Below are positions 30,876 to 32,000 of a stretch of DNA of 32,000 nt, piece after piece; position 1 is the stretch's first letter, and each line of letters opens with the position of its first letter. The DNA is from Candidatus Saccharimonas aalborgensis (GTDB lineage: Bacteria > Patescibacteriota > Saccharimonadia > Saccharimonadales > Saccharimonadaceae). Below the pieces are notes generated by a model. That model worked only from the letters and a program-made list of their open reading frames with translations. It had not been told where the DNA came from and searched no databases. Location: the NCBI RefSeq assembly GCF_000392435.1, contig NC_021219.1, forward strand, positions 600,001 to 632,000, in the 5' to 3' direction. Made by a program: the position numbers and the translations under genes.

Positions 30876-32000
30876 ATGGGTCAACGACGACTCTCAAAAC
30901 CGCAGGCAGACGATGCCAGCAAGCGGCCAATGGTTGCTAAACAGAAATCAAATAATACAGTGCTCAACGCCACAACCACCCGCAAGGGCGAGGTGTTTCG
31001 GGCCCAACGACGTACCAGTGACAATGTCAATATGCAGGCGAGCCAGCATATGATCAATGTACCGGTCAACAAATCTATTTATAACGGCTATGGCGGCAAG
31101 CAATTTAGCCTTGTCGACCAGCCAAAACGGCCGCGGGCGCCCCGCCCAACCCTCAAGATCATCCCAATCGGTGGTGTTGGCGAGATGGGTATCGGCAAAA
31201 ACATGACGGCCATTGAGTTCGACAATGATATCATCATTATCGACATGGGCTTTCTGTTTCCGGGTGCTGATTATCCGGGAATCAACTATATTACCCCAGA
31301 TATCACGTGGCTTGAGGAGAACAAACATCGTATTCGTGGCCACGTGTTCACTCATGGACACCTCGATCACATCGGGGCGTTCCGCCACTTGGTGCCAAAG
31401 ATTCCAGCGCCAGTGTATGCCAGCAAGTTTACCCTTGGTATGCTACAGCGTACGATGGAGGAAACGGATGGGGCGTATACGCCTGATTATCGTGAGCTCA
31501 ACCCAGAAGCGCACGATATCGTACAAATCTGTGATTCATTTAGTATCGAACTAGTTCGCGTCAATCACTCGATTCCAGATGCGACTGCTGTGGTGGTGCG
31601 TACGCCTGTCGGAAACATTTTATCGAGTGGCGACTGGCGCATCGAGGAAAACCCGGTTGACGGAAAGAAGTTTGATCTACCTCGGCTGAGCGAAATCCAA
31701 CAAAAAGAAGGCTTTTTGGTTTTTCTGAATGAATCAACCAACTGTGAGAGTGATGGCACACATACCCACGGTGAATTTGATATCCAACACAGCATGGGTG
31801 AGGTGATGGAGAAATGGCCCAATAGCCGCGTCATTATTTCGAGTTTCTCAAGTCAGTTACATCGTATGCAAATGATTCTGGAAGAAGCGCAGCGCCATGG
31901 TCGCAAAGTCGCTTTTGCTGGCTATAGCATGATCCAAAACCTCGAAGTTGCCCTGCGCACTGGCGCAATCAAGGTCCCCAAAGATACTGTCGTAAAGATG
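30876..32000 (+). CDS. rnj: Ribonuclease J, 3'-truncated by the window edge (absent from the ORF track)
   Basis: aaggaga SD; MGQRRLSKPQADD...; LKIIPIGGVGEMGIGKNMTAIE; metallo-beta-lactamase motif VFTHGHLDHIGAF; VNHSIPDATAVVVRTPVGNILSSGDW. Confidence 0.93.
   Translation, partial: MGQRRLSKPQADDASKRPMVAKQKSNNTVLNATTTRKGEVFRAQRRTSDNVNMQASQHMINVPVNKSIYNGYGGKQFSLVDQPKRPRAPRPTLKIIPIGGVGEMGIGKNMTAIEFDNDIIIIDMGFLFPGADYPGINYITPDITWLEENKHRIRGHVFTHGHLDHIGAFRHLVPKIPAPVYASKFTLGMLQRTMEETDGAYTPDYRELNPEAHDIVQICDSFSIELVRVNHSIPDATAVVVRTPVGNILSSGDWRIEENPVDGKKFDLPRLSEIQQKEGFLVFLNESTNCESDGTHTHGEFDIQHSMGEVMEKWPNSRVIISSFSSQLHRMQMILEEAQRHGRKVAFAGYSMIQNLEVALRTGAIKVPKDTVVKM

Noticed and set aside
30948-31388. 146-aa minus-strand ORF opposite RNase J
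   Set aside because: Antisense to the clearly conserved RNase J frame, which the track omitted only because it runs off the window.
1-32000. Alternative genetic code (UGA as sense, as in Gracilibacteria/Absconditabacteria)
   Set aside because: UGA terminates genes at plausible ends (e.g. 3263, 22122) and Trp is encoded by TGG at conserved positions.

Overview
Compact, gene-dense bacterial window using the standard bacterial code. The gene content is consistent with a Candidate Phyla Radiation/Patescibacteria genome, probably Saccharibacteria-like; that taxonomy is inference. The left third (1-12 kb) is an accessory block of secreted or cell-surface proteins: two immunoglobulin-like/DUF916-like membrane-anchored proteins, a LamG/concanavalin-fold protein, and two long surface proteins that share a perfect 444-bp direct repeat encoding the same N-terminal module followed by different distal domains. 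One of those distal regions has seven LVIVD-like units. A 799-aa protein with duplicated domains follows. The rest is mostly housekeeping: mutM/fpg, holA, rpsT, truB, rpsO, a Ham1/RdgB-like pyrophosphatase, pnp, a family-4-like uracil-DNA glycosylase and a partial RNase J, interleaved with lineage-specific proteins. These include a degenerate DHH-like protein, an isolated voltage-sensor-like membrane protein and a putative caspase-fold (clan CD) His/Cys protein. An IS30-family element and a frame-disrupted orphan lie in a low-density island at 20.9-23.2 kb. The most notable signals are: (1) the exact repeat with swapped downstream domains, with a frameshift right at the repeat boundary of copy 1; (2) a recurring arrangement of a -10 box 6-9 nt before a start codon without a Shine-Dalgarno, suggesting widespread leaderless transcription; (3) a terminator-like hairpin that holds both a -10 box and the SD of the UDG gene; (4) a structured pnp leader. 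No CRISPR array, tRNA or rRNA was recognised.
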